The translations under genes and the position numbers were made by a program. The notes under the pieces are model-generated. The model was not told the origin of the DNA. It made no database searches and worked only from the letters and a program-made list of their open reading frames with translations. 64,000 nucleotides of DNA, taken from positions 32,001-96,000 of the forward strand of contig JBHLRP010000004.1 in assembly GCA_048882485.1 (NCBI GenBank), read 5' to 3'. The first letter of the stretch is position 1. Each line of letters begins with the position of its first letter. This stretch comes from Candidatus Thorarchaeota archaeon (lineage in GTDB: Archaea > Asgardarchaeota > Thorarchaeia > Thorarchaeales > Thorarchaeaceae). Positions 47,132 to 55,971 of this stretch are shown here, in pieces.

Positions 47132-48035
47132 TGTGACAGAAACAGAGGGTCAGAAGTACTCGCTCTTCCTTGGTTGCGTCATGCCAAATCGATTCCCTAA
47201 TCTGGAGAAGAGCATCAGAGTCGTGCTCCCCCTGCTTGGAGTTGAACTCGAGGATTTGGAAGGGGCTAGTTGCTGTCCTGCACCGGGGGTAGTTCGATCA
47301 TTCGATGAACCTACATGGCTTGCTCTCGCGGCCCGGAACCTCGCCCTTGCGGAAATGGCTGGAAACGATATAATCACAGGATGCAATGGTTGCTATGGGA
47401 CGTTCAAGGAGGCACTCTCAGAGGTTCACGACCATCCTGAGAGACTGAAACAGGTGCAAGACGTCTTTGATGGAATGAATATCACTTTCAATGCAGAGGT
47501 CGATGCAAAGCACGTCATAGAGGTCATTTCCAATATGGGCGCTGAACGAATCAGGGAGCTTGTTACACATCCACTAGAGGGGATTAGGATCGCAGTTCAC
47601 TATGGGTGTCATCTCCTTAAACCAAGCAAGAACAAGCCTTGGAGAAAGACTCAGAACCATACATTTCTTGATGAATTGGTTGAAGCGACGGGTGCAGAGA
47701 GCGTAAGATACAAGGACAAGTCGCTTTGCTGTGGCGCGGGAGGAGGCATGAGGGGAGGCAATGTGGCAATCAGCGTTGATATTGCCAAAGAGAAGCTAGA
47801 CAATATGTTGGCAGCCGGAGTTGACTGTGTTCTCAATGTCTGTTCATTTTGTCATCTCCAGTATGAGCTGGCTCAACCTCAGCTGAACAAGGAGATCGGA
47901 GAGGAAAGATATCAGATACCGGTGATTTACTACACACAGCTCCTAGGCCTGGCTCTTGGTCTGGACCCAAGCGAATTGGGGCTTGACAAGCATGTTGTTA
48001 GCACAAAGCCATTATTGAACAAGATATTCAGATGA
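47103..48035 (+). CDS. hdrB: Heterodisulfide reductase subunit B (true start probably slightly downstream)
   Basis: FLGCVMPNR, SCCPAPG, CNGC, HYGCH, CCGAGGG, CSFC. Confidence 0.93.
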   Translation: MIGRPRRENDVTETEGQKYSLFLGCVMPNRFPNLEKSIRVVLPLLGVELEDLEGASCCPAPGVVRSFDEPTWLALAARNLALAEMAGNDIITGCNGCYGTFKEALSEVHDHPERLKQVQDVFDGMNITFNAEVDAKHVIEVISNMGAERIRELVTHPLEGIRIAVHYGCHLLKPSKNKPWRKTQNHTFLDELVEATGAESVRYKDKSLCCGAGGGMRGGNVAISVDIAKEKLDNMLAAGVDCVLNVCSFCHLQYELAQPQLNKEIGEERYQIPVIYYTQLLGLALGLDPSELGLDKHVVSTKPLLNKIFR

Positions 48036-48046
48036 CTGGCGAGGCT

Positions 48047-48991
48047 TCAGAACCATTTCTTTGCGATATAATACACGATAAGCGCCATGACTCCACTAGT
48101 GACCAAGAATAGCACCAGGAATGTGAAAATCCGAGGATCAACGGGAGGGGGTGGTGTGGTGGTCGATGTTGTATTGGGAGATGTAGTTGGCGACGCCGGT
48201 CCACCAGCAGTGAAAGTGGCATCAGATCTATCCGATATGTGATATATTCCGTCAGTGGCTGAAACTTGAATTAGGTATGTGCTAAGAACAGGACAGGCAC
48301 CACAGTCCCACATTAGCCATGTCCTATTCAAATCGGAAGCAATTGACTGGAATGTTGCGCCTGAATTAGAGGAGAAGAAGACCTCGTAGGTTAGAGTTTC
48401 ATCTTGATTTATGTCCCATGCCTTCCAAGTAATGTTATTCGTGCCAGTCCAGGTTTCACCACCATTCGGAGTAAGAACTGTTAACCTGGGAATGAAGAAA
48501 TTTCCAATGTAGACATTCTCGACTATTTTACTATATGCTGATCCATTCAGTAGCCACACGGTGGAGTTTATTGTGCAGGTCGCGTTATTACCAAGTCCGC
48601 GTGTGTCTATTATAACAGAATTCGTTGTGGAGCTATTTGATATCGCGGACGGGATTGCAGGTGCAGTCACCTCAATTCCTGCATGATCAACTAGGGATGA
48701 TGGAGTCCAAATTGCATTCAGAGTGACGTGATCGCCTCCGATTCTGTCACCTGAATTCACAAAACCTATGTTCGGGTTGGTTCGAGACCAATATGTCAAA
48801 TTCAGGTCAACATCTTCCGCAGACGGATATGCAAATTCATTTACATACCCCTCAAGAGATACATCAGGCAGTTTTTGCTTCTGTAGAGGCAATGGTGAAA
48901 CTAACAGAACTAATAGGAGAAGAGAAATCATCTCCATCACTATGATTCTCTTCGCAATTGTTCGCTTCTGTTGATTCTCTCTTGATCTCAT
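48047..48991 (-). CDS. Surface protein with Ig/Fn3-like domain, Thr/Pro linker and C-terminal TM
   Basis: N-terminal TM, TPNGGETW...ITW, SDATFT, PTTSPNTTSTTTPPPP, TM; ATGA overlap at 48988-48991. Confidence 0.78.
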   Translation of the reverse strand: MRSRENQQKRTIAKRIIVMEMISLLLLVLLVSPLPLQKQKLPDVSLEGYVNEFAYPSAEDVDLNLTYWSRTNPNIGFVNSGDRIGGDHVTLNAIWTPSSLVDHAGIEVTAPAIPSAISNSSTTNSVIIDTRGLGNNATCTINSTVWLLNGSAYSKIVENVYIGNFFIPRLTVLTPNGGETWTGTNNITWKAWDINQDETLTYEVFFSSNSGATFQSIASDLNRTWLMWDCGACPVLSTYLIQVSATDGIYHISDRSDATFTAGGPASPTTSPNTTSTTTPPPPVDPRIFTFLVLFLVTSGVMALIVYYIAKKWF

Positions 48992-49494
48992 TCGGTCTGT
49001 TCTGGAAATGGCTGTTCCCTCCAAATGCTGAATGCCTCGTACCATAATACCACACACGCCGATGCTAGCAGAAGAATCAGGGTTATAGAGTACCAGTTAC
49101 TAAATAGGTACAACATTGTCATTAGAGCTGCAGTAAGCGAAGTATAGAAGGTAGCATAGAAAAGATAGCGAGGCACCATTGCTCTTCCTCGACCAATGAA
49201 GAGTCGAAGAAAGCCAACACGTACGTCACGCTTCACCTCGTATTCACCATGAGCGTTCTTCTCGACAAGTCCAAATTGACGCAGCTTCTCGAGATGGTGA
49301 AGTGAAAGAGAGGGGCTAGAGAGTTCTGTTCCACGTTGGACTTCTCGCGCAGTCAAAGGTGTAGGATGCCGTAAGAGGTACCAGTAGACCTGTAGGGTCT
49401 TGCCTTTAATTTGTTCAGCCAATTCTTCCGCAGTTGGCTCGTTATCAGGCAACGCCCACAGCTCCTTTTGGTAATCGATAGAATGTAGAGACAT
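48988..49494 (-). CDS. Winged-helix regulator with two C-terminal TM helices
   Basis: GKTLQVYWYLL, REVQR...SSPSLS.HHLEKL...GLVEK, then 2 TM; likely start TTG 49452. Confidence 0.8.
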   Translation of the reverse strand: MSLHSIDYQKELWALPDNEPTAEELAEQIKGKTLQVYWYLLRHPTPLTAREVQRGTELSSPSLSLHHLEKLRQFGLVEKNAHGEYEVKRDVRVGFLRLFIGRGRAMVPRYLFYATFYTSLTAALMTMLYLFSNWYSITLILLLASACVVLWYEAFSIWREQPFPEQTE

Positions 49495-49639
49495 GCTTTA
49501 AACTCTGGCCCTTTGCTCATCCAATATATAGTCCGCCAAGGTAAGGCTCATATAGCTCGACAGTTCGCCCATGCGCAGGGCAGTCGAGGAACTGTCTCAG
49601 TCAATCCTCTGATAACTGACAGGAAGGCATCAGGAGAAT

Positions 49640-49990
49640 ATGGTTGTGTCAGCCGTTCGAAAACCAATAACACCAAAACCCGCAAGAGAAAGGGAGAAAG
49701 TCTTGGTGATATTAGAGGAACAGTGCAAGCAGTGTGGCCTCTGCATCGAGTTTTGTCCTAAGAATGTTCTCTGCTTTGACACGTCCAAGTACAATCGGAA
49801 GGGTTACCACCCAGTGACTGCATGCGATATCGATGCATGTGTGAACTGCGAATTCTGTGAACGAATATGCCCAGACATGGCGATATTCTTGGCAAAGAAG
49901 GATGAGGCACGGAAGGCCTACAAAACGGGAGCAATGGAGGAGAACACTGCAATTCCCGAGTTTGACCGAGAGTCCAAGGAGGAGAACTAG
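49640..49990 (+). CDS. korD: 2-oxoacid:ferredoxin oxidoreductase delta subunit
   Basis: CKQCGLCIEFCP, NRKGYHP, CVNCEFCERICPDMAI. Confidence 0.88.
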   Translation: MVVSAVRKPITPKPAREREKVLVILEEQCKQCGLCIEFCPKNVLCFDTSKYNRKGYHPVTACDIDACVNCEFCERICPDMAIFLAKKDEARKAYKTGAMEENTAIPEFDRESKEEN

Positions 49991-51127
49991 ATGCCTGAGA
50001 GGATCATGTTCACAATGGGAGATATCGCCTGTGCAGAAGGAGCTCTCAGTGCCGGCTGCAGATATTTCGGAGGATACCCTATCACGCCAGCAACTGAGAT
50101 TGCAGAGTGGATGTCAATCAGAATGCCAGAGGTTGGCGGAGCCTATGTCCAATATGAGGATGAGATTGCGTCAATTACAAGTGTGATTGGCGCATCGTGG
50201 ACAGGTACGAAATCTATGACTGCGACATCAGGACCTGGTGTTAGCCTGATGTTGGAGGCCATCGGCTTGGCAGTTATGACTGAAACTCCACTCGTATTGG
50301 TCAACATCATGAGAGGCGGTCCAAGTACAGGACAACCTACCAAGGGCCAGCAGGGCGACGTGATGCAACCGAAATGGGGGAGCCATGGAGACTATCAGAT
50401 CATTGCCCTCACACCAGCATCCGTTCAAGAGATGTTCGATCAGACGGTTCAAGCCTTCAATCTCTCTGAGAGATATAGAACACCAGTTTTTGTCCTGGCA
50501 GATGAAACTGTAGGTCATATGAGAGAACGTCTTGTCATACCTGATGAGAAAGACCTTAAACTCGAATACAGGAAACTGGCCTCAGGGCCACCCGAGGATT
50601 ACCTTCCATTCAAGCCAGACGATGACCTCGTACCACCCATGGCACTACTTGGTTCGAAATATCAATTCTATGCAACAGGTCTGACGCATGATGAGCGAGG
50701 ATATCCGAGTGACAAGGAGAAGGTCCAGATTGAATTGATTACTCGGCTAAATGACAAGATTATCCACAATGCTGACAAGATAATCGATGTTGAAGAGTTC
50801 ATGCTTGATGACGCCAAAATAGCAGTTGTCGCCTACGGCACGCCATCCAGAAGTGCGAAGAGAGCAATCAAAGACGCCAGGGAACAAGGAATCAAAGCAG
50901 GGATGCTTCGTCTGAAGACTGTGTGGCCATTTCCAGAAAGGCAGGTAGCGGAACTTGCCTCTCAAGTCGACCATATCATTGTTGCGGAACAGAATCTTGG
51001 TCAAATGTATCACATGATTAGGGCTGGGGCTGCTCCGACTCCAGTTCACTTGATGGCCAAACCTGCTGGCATGCCACAGATTCCAAGCGAGATTCTCGCT
51101 AAGATAAAGGAAGTCAAGGCTCTCTGA
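49991..51127 (+). CDS. korA: 2-oxoacid:ferredoxin oxidoreductase alpha subunit
   Basis: GYPITPATE, EDEIAS, TATSGPG, RGGPSTGQPT. Confidence 0.95.
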   Translation: MPERIMFTMGDIACAEGALSAGCRYFGGYPITPATEIAEWMSIRMPEVGGAYVQYEDEIASITSVIGASWTGTKSMTATSGPGVSLMLEAIGLAVMTETPLVLVNIMRGGPSTGQPTKGQQGDVMQPKWGSHGDYQIIALTPASVQEMFDQTVQAFNLSERYRTPVFVLADETVGHMRERLVIPDEKDLKLEYRKLASGPPEDYLPFKPDDDLVPPMALLGSKYQFYATGLTHDERGYPSDKEKVQIELITRLNDKIIHNADKIIDVEEFMLDDAKIAVVAYGTPSRSAKRAIKDAREQGIKAGMLRLKTVWPFPERQVAELASQVDHIIVAEQNLGQMYHMIRAGAAPTPVHLMAKPAGMPQIPSEILAKIKEVKAL

Positions 51128-51174
51128 TAGTTCATGGGCCAAATGCTTAAAATACGCTCAAAATTGGCTGGAGC

Positions 51175-52146
51175 ATGTTCGTTCTATTGACTGGGGCATT
51201 TGGTAATATTGGCGAAAGCACATTAATTGCGCTTCTTGAGAGAAATCATCATGTTCGGTGCTTCGATCTTCAGACAAAGAGTAATGAGAAGAAGCTGAAG
51301 CAACTTCAACGCATAGGTGAGTTTGATACAGTATGGGGAGATATCCTAGACTCGGAAATCATGAACGATGTCATAAAAGACATAGAGTGCATCATTCATC
51401 TGGCTGCGATTATCCCGCCCATGAGTGACCAGAACCCGGACCTTGCATTTCGCGTGAACGTCGATGGAACGAGAAACATCATCAATGCAGCTGAAGTAAG
51501 CTTGAAAAAGCCCAAGCTCATCATTGCGAGTTCAGTGTCAATATTCGGGCCAACAATGCATCTTCAGCCTCCCCGTAGAGCATCTGATCCAGTAAATCCA
51601 ACCGACATCTATACTCAGACGAAGATGAAATGTGAAACAATGATTCGGGAGAGTACGATTCCGTGGACGATTCTGAGACTGGCTGCAGTCCCACCACTTG
51701 ATGTAAATAGCGACATAGCTGTAATGTTTGAGATACCTTTTGACCAACGGATAGAGTTCGTTCATACTCGAGATGTTGGTGTTGCTTTTGCGAATTCAGT
51801 GACGGCTGAAACCCAAGGAAAGACTCTGCTAATCGGAGGAGGAAAGGATAGCCAAATGCTTCAGGTTGATTTCATTAGAAGAATACTGGAAGCTTCCGGA
51901 CTTGATTTGCCCCCTGAGGAGGCCTTTAGAGCTCCGTCTAGGCCAGAAGAGTACTTCTACACAGACTGGTTAGACACGGAAGAATCGCAGAGACTGCTTC
52001 AATATCAGATTAGAACATTTGACGAATACCTAGAGGAAATCAAGAGATCCTTGGGAATCAAGCGGGTTCTTGCGAAGCTGTTCAGGGGTCTGGCTATGAG
52101 GAAAATCGTTGCGTCGTCGCCATATATCCGCAAGAAAGAGGATTGA
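51175..52146 (+). CDS. NAD-dependent epimerase/dehydratase (extended SDR)
   Basis: TGAFGNIG, HLAA, YTQTK. Confidence 0.9.
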   Translation: MFVLLTGAFGNIGESTLIALLERNHHVRCFDLQTKSNEKKLKQLQRIGEFDTVWGDILDSEIMNDVIKDIECIIHLAAIIPPMSDQNPDLAFRVNVDGTRNIINAAEVSLKKPKLIIASSVSIFGPTMHLQPPRRASDPVNPTDIYTQTKMKCETMIRESTIPWTILRLAAVPPLDVNSDIAVMFEIPFDQRIEFVHTRDVGVAFANSVTAETQGKTLLIGGGKDSQMLQVDFIRRILEASGLDLPPEEAFRAPSRPEEYFYTDWLDTEESQRLLQYQIRTFDEYLEEIKRSLGIKRVLAKLFRGLAMRKIVASSPYIRKKED

Positions 52147-52154
52147 CTCCGCTA

Positions 52155-52670
52155 TCAGAAGAGCCAGTCATGGACGCTTCGAGCAATCAGTTCAAAGGCC
52201 CGATTGACATTCTTGTCAAGTGCGACCGAGCTTTCTATGTAATTCATGCCAAGCCTTGTGGCTGTATTCTGGCCTTCTTCTGTAGATACCACGCGGTCAT
52301 CAATTAAATCCGTCTTGTTGCCGACTAATAGCGCTTGGTATTCTTCTACATTCTTATCAACTTCAAGCTTCCAATCTGAAATCGCGGTTAATGATTCCCA
52401 AGAAGTCACATCATACATGAAAATGACTCCCTGTGTTCCTCCGTAATAATTTGCACGAACTCGCTCAAGGAAGCCTTGGGATCCAAGATCCCATATCTGA
52501 AGGTTCACTGTGTTGTTGTCAATACGCATCTTCTTGTAGGCAAATCCAGTTCCCAGTGTCGGTGAATAATGCTCACGAAAGACTCCCGTGGAGTAGCGGA
52601 TGATAAGACTGGTCTTACCAACTGATGGAGCTCCAACGGTAACCACCTTGAAGAGATAAGTCGGACTCAT
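52155..52670 (-). CDS. Small Rab-like GTPase (no prenylation motif)
   Basis: YLFKVV, GAPSVGKTS, PTLG, LQIWDLGSQ, GNKTD. Confidence 0.92.
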   Translation of the reverse strand: MSPTYLFKVVTVGAPSVGKTSLIIRYSTGVFREHYSPTLGTGFAYKKMRIDNNTVNLQIWDLGSQGFLERVRANYYGGTQGVIFMYDVTSWESLTAISDWKLEVDKNVEEYQALLVGNKTDLIDDRVVSTEEGQNTATRLGMNYIESSVALDKNVNRAFELIARSVHDWLF

Positions 52671-52771
52671 AATCAGACTTCCCACGGATTAATGATATTC
52701 TTTGAACAGATTTTTAGTTAATAATTGTCCTGACATATCCCGATTCTAATCTTGATGTCCTATTTGATTGC

Positions 52772-54349
52772 TTATCGAAAAATCCCTCTTGGTAGCGCGA
52801 CACCTAGTTGTCTTGATAGAATAAGCAGAGTGAGCTTCGCAGCATTGCCCAGCTTCCCATACTCAACTAGGAAGCGCTCAAGGCTCTGTGTTTTTTGCCA
52901 TCCTACCCAGAAATCCGGGGGAACATCAGCTAGAGGTATTCCAACTGCAGTGCATATCCGAGAGATGCGTTCAGGACCATAGATCACCTGTCCTCTAGTC
53001 ACAAGAATATAGACCATTTCTTCCACAGCCTCAACTTTTGTGGGCTGCAATGACCCAGTTTTTATCACCTTGACCTGAGACCATCGATCTGCACTGAGCT
53101 GCTCAAGCCAGAAGGTGAACTCCTCAAATCCTCTAAGATCATAGGAGGCATAACGGTCAAGGATGCGATGATAAAAAGTCTGGGTTAAACCAGCGATAAA
53201 CCCATCCAGCCGATCTCTATCCAATTCTCCAACAAACTGGGCTAGCATCTTCATCCATTCGCCATATAGAAGCATGAGTCTTTGATGGTTTAGACCTTCC
53301 AATATTTTGAAGTCAAAGTCAACTGTCCAGCTCTCATCCACGAATCGAAGCTGTCCTAGAGTTTCGGGAGTGTCACTCCGGTTCATTACGCTTCTTAGTG
53401 CTTCTGTTGCCTGTCTCTGATAATGCTCCTCGCCAACACGAAGCGCAGACTCTAGGGCTTCCTTAACCAACAGAATACGCCTCTTCTCAGGGGACAAGGC
53501 CTCGATGACATCGTTCTCAAGCAAATAGTCCATCACTCGAAGAATCTCACGCTCATCATAAGACCCACCTAGCTCAGCTAGGGTTTCTCGAACAGTTCGA
53601 CGGCCATCCATAAGCCCGGCTAGTCTTGGAATGACACCCACCATCTCTGGGTGCAGATTGCGCAGGTCTGCTGTTTCCTTAGATGTCGACTGTACATATC
53701 TTAGGAATGAGGTGCGTGATGTCACGAAGTCATTGAAACTGAGTGTGTTGCGGAATCGAATGACACGATGTGCCCATAGTGTTGAGGTTTCAACAATCAT
53801 CTCTTCTTCAGTTGTCCCACTTACCTCGCGAATCTCTCTCACGTTTCTCGAACCATCAATGAAGGGGGCTATCACACTATCAACAAGTGCAATTGCATCT
53901 GGCTTGATGGTGAAATATGGCACCCAGTTATCAGAGAGTTCCTCAAAGGAGAGCTTCTTCATCACACTCTCTCCGAAGGACTCCAAGTAGGCATCAACAA
54001 AGGAGGTGCCTAGCTCAACGGATTTGCATGCTGGAAGCCATTCTAGTTCAAACTCCGCTAGGAGGGAGTCCAACACCTCCGTAGTATCATGTGTAAGGCG
54101 ATGCACACCAACTGAGATGAGATTGGTCTGCACACCGCTTATGACTGTGAATATTCTTGTACCATAATCAATCTGGAATTGTGGCGCAGTCTGCTCAAAG
54201 ACTTCCTTTGAGAACATATCAATAGCTGCGAAAAAGCTTGATGCCATCACAGGGTCCATTCCAAATGCACGCGGATCGAGCTGCATATAGAATCGAGGGC
54301 TGCCACTCTTGTCTGTGATGAGAATGGCCTCGATGGAATGTCCTGTAAT
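52772..54349 (-). CDS. Longin-domain plus tandem winged-helix protein, NPRL2-like
   Basis: Longin-type N-terminus (IEAILITDKSG.P...SSFFAAIDMF); VPYF...IAPFIDGSRNVREI; second wHTH MDGRRTVRE; probable ATT start at 54349 (ORF track start 54430). Confidence 0.72.
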   Translation of the reverse strand: MTGHSIEAILITDKSGSPRFYMQLDPRAFGMDPVMASSFFAAIDMFSKEVFEQTAPQFQIDYGTRIFTVISGVQTNLISVGVHRLTHDTTEVLDSLLAEFELEWLPACKSVELGTSFVDAYLESFGESVMKKLSFEELSDNWVPYFTIKPDAIALVDSVIAPFIDGSRNVREIREVSGTTEEEMIVETSTLWAHRVIRFRNTLSFNDFVTSRTSFLRYVQSTSKETADLRNLHPEMVGVIPRLAGLMDGRRTVRETLAELGGSYDEREILRVMDYLLENDVIEALSPEKRRILLVKEALESALRVGEEHYQRQATEALRSVMNRSDTPETLGQLRFVDESWTVDFDFKILEGLNHQRLMLLYGEWMKMLAQFVGELDRDRLDGFIAGLTQTFYHRILDRYASYDLRGFEEFTFWLEQLSADRWSQVKVIKTGSLQPTKVEAVEEMVYILVTRGQVIYGPERISRICTAVGIPLADVPPDFWVGWQKTQSLERFLVEYGKLGNAAKLTLLILSRQLGVALPRGIFR

Positions 54350-54474
54350 TTCAGCCCACCTCGCTCCAAAAACTAACGGTGAATGAATATTAGCATTCTT
54401 CGGAGAGCTTTGACAGGTCCTCATCAACAACTGTTATATCTGGAAGGCGTAGAAACCGCACTTGTGGCCTCATC

Positions 54475-55323
54475 ATGACCGAGTCAGACTCAATATTGCG
54501 ACATCCAATGGCGAAGTATGTCAGAGATGACCGCCAACCATGGATCTACTGTTCTGGCTGTTCCATTGGGGTAGTCACACAGATGATAGCACGCGCTATT
54601 GACAACTTGGGTCTTGACTTCTCAAAGGTGGTTGTTATTTCGGGGATTGGTTGCACTGGCAGAACCTCTGGCTACTTCAAGACCGGGACGTATCATACAA
54701 CGCATGGAAGAGCAATTGCCTTCGCTGAAGGTGTTAAGATTGCAAATCCCGAACTAGAGGTCATAGTAGTCAGTGGTGATGGGGACCTTGCTGCTATCGG
54801 AGGCAATCACCTCATTCATGCCTGCAGACGGAATATCGACATGACGATTATTTGTGTGAACAACTTCAACTATGGAATGACAGGGGGGCAATTCGGCCCA
54901 ACAACGGAACATGAGAGGTATTCTCAAACAAGTCCGAGACCAATTGGCAATGTAGAGCATCCCTTCAACCTCGTGAAACTTGCTGCATCATCGGGAGCCA
55001 CATTCGTAGCCAGGTGGACCGCTGTGCAGGCGAGGAGAGCGACCAAATCCATTGAGAAAGGCCTCAAGAAGAAGGGCTTGTCCTTCATCGAGATTATTGG
55101 TGCATGTCCTACTGAATTCGGTAGGATGAACAGACTCGGTGATGGTGTTGAAATGCATCAACACTTGCTTGAAGTTGCCGAAATTCAAAATGGCCTTCCA
55201 CCTCATGAAGCTGAACTTGAATATGATACACGAATAGTATGCGGCGAGTTCGTAGACATCGAGAAGCCGGAATACACCTCTGTTCTGAAACAAATGAATG
55301 AGAAGTTAAAGAAGAAAGGGTGA
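54475..55323 (+). CDS. korB: 2-oxoacid:ferredoxin oxidoreductase beta subunit
   Basis: CSGC, SGIGC, HGRA, GDGD..AIGGNH, NNFNYGMTGGQ. Confidence 0.95.
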   Translation: MTESDSILRHPMAKYVRDDRQPWIYCSGCSIGVVTQMIARAIDNLGLDFSKVVVISGIGCTGRTSGYFKTGTYHTTHGRAIAFAEGVKIANPELEVIVVSGDGDLAAIGGNHLIHACRRNIDMTIICVNNFNYGMTGGQFGPTTEHERYSQTSPRPIGNVEHPFNLVKLAASSGATFVARWTAVQARRATKSIEKGLKKKGLSFIEIIGACPTEFGRMNRLGDGVEMHQHLLEVAEIQNGLPPHEAELEYDTRIVCGEFVDIEKPEYTSVLKQMNEKLKKKG

Positions 55324-55886
55324 TCTCAGTGAGTAGGTATGAGATCCGAATTGGTGGGTTTGGCGGACAAGGAGTAGTCACCATGGCTGTGGTGATGGGA
55401 GAAACTGCATCGCTATATGACAAGATGTTCGTTGTCCAGACTCAGTCATACGGCCCTGAGGCACGCGGGGGAGCCAGCAAGAGCGAGCTTGTCATCGGTG
55501 ATGAAGAGATCGACTATCCCAAGGTTCAGGAACCAGATGTGTTCATTGCCATGAGCAGGGCAGCCTACCTAGAGTACGTCGACGGTCTCAAGGATGATGG
55601 GATTCTCATAATCGATGAAGACCTCGTGACAATTGAAGGGGACCTTCCGGAGGGAGTGACTCTCTACAAGATACCAGCCACTAGGATTGCTGATGAAGAG
55701 GTTGGAACAAAACAGGCCACAAATGTTGTAATGATTGGGGCTTTCACAGCTATAACAGGAAAACTCTCGGTCAAGGGTCTCAAGAAGCGTATTGAAGAAA
55801 GGTGGCCGCGATTTGTGGACACGAACCTCAAGGCGCTCGACCTGGGAATGAAAGCAGGAAAGGCAGCACTGGCTGCCAAAAAGTAG
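55320..55886 (+). CDS. korC: 2-oxoacid:ferredoxin oxidoreductase gamma subunit
   Basis: GFGGQG, QSYGPEARGG, NVVMIGA. Confidence 0.95.
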   Translation: MISVSRYEIRIGGFGGQGVVTMAVVMGETASLYDKMFVVQTQSYGPEARGGASKSELVIGDEEIDYPKVQEPDVFIAMSRAAYLEYVDGLKDDGILIIDEDLVTIEGDLPEGVTLYKIPATRIADEEVGTKQATNVVMIGAFTAITGKLSVKGLKKRIEERWPRFVDTNLKALDLGMKAGKAALAAKK

Positions 55887-55971
55887 CTCAGACGAAGAGT
55901 CCCAAGAGAATCTCTAGAGAAGATTTCATACTGTGCGGTGAAGATGTAATGAAGCGAGTGAGATAGTAAAG

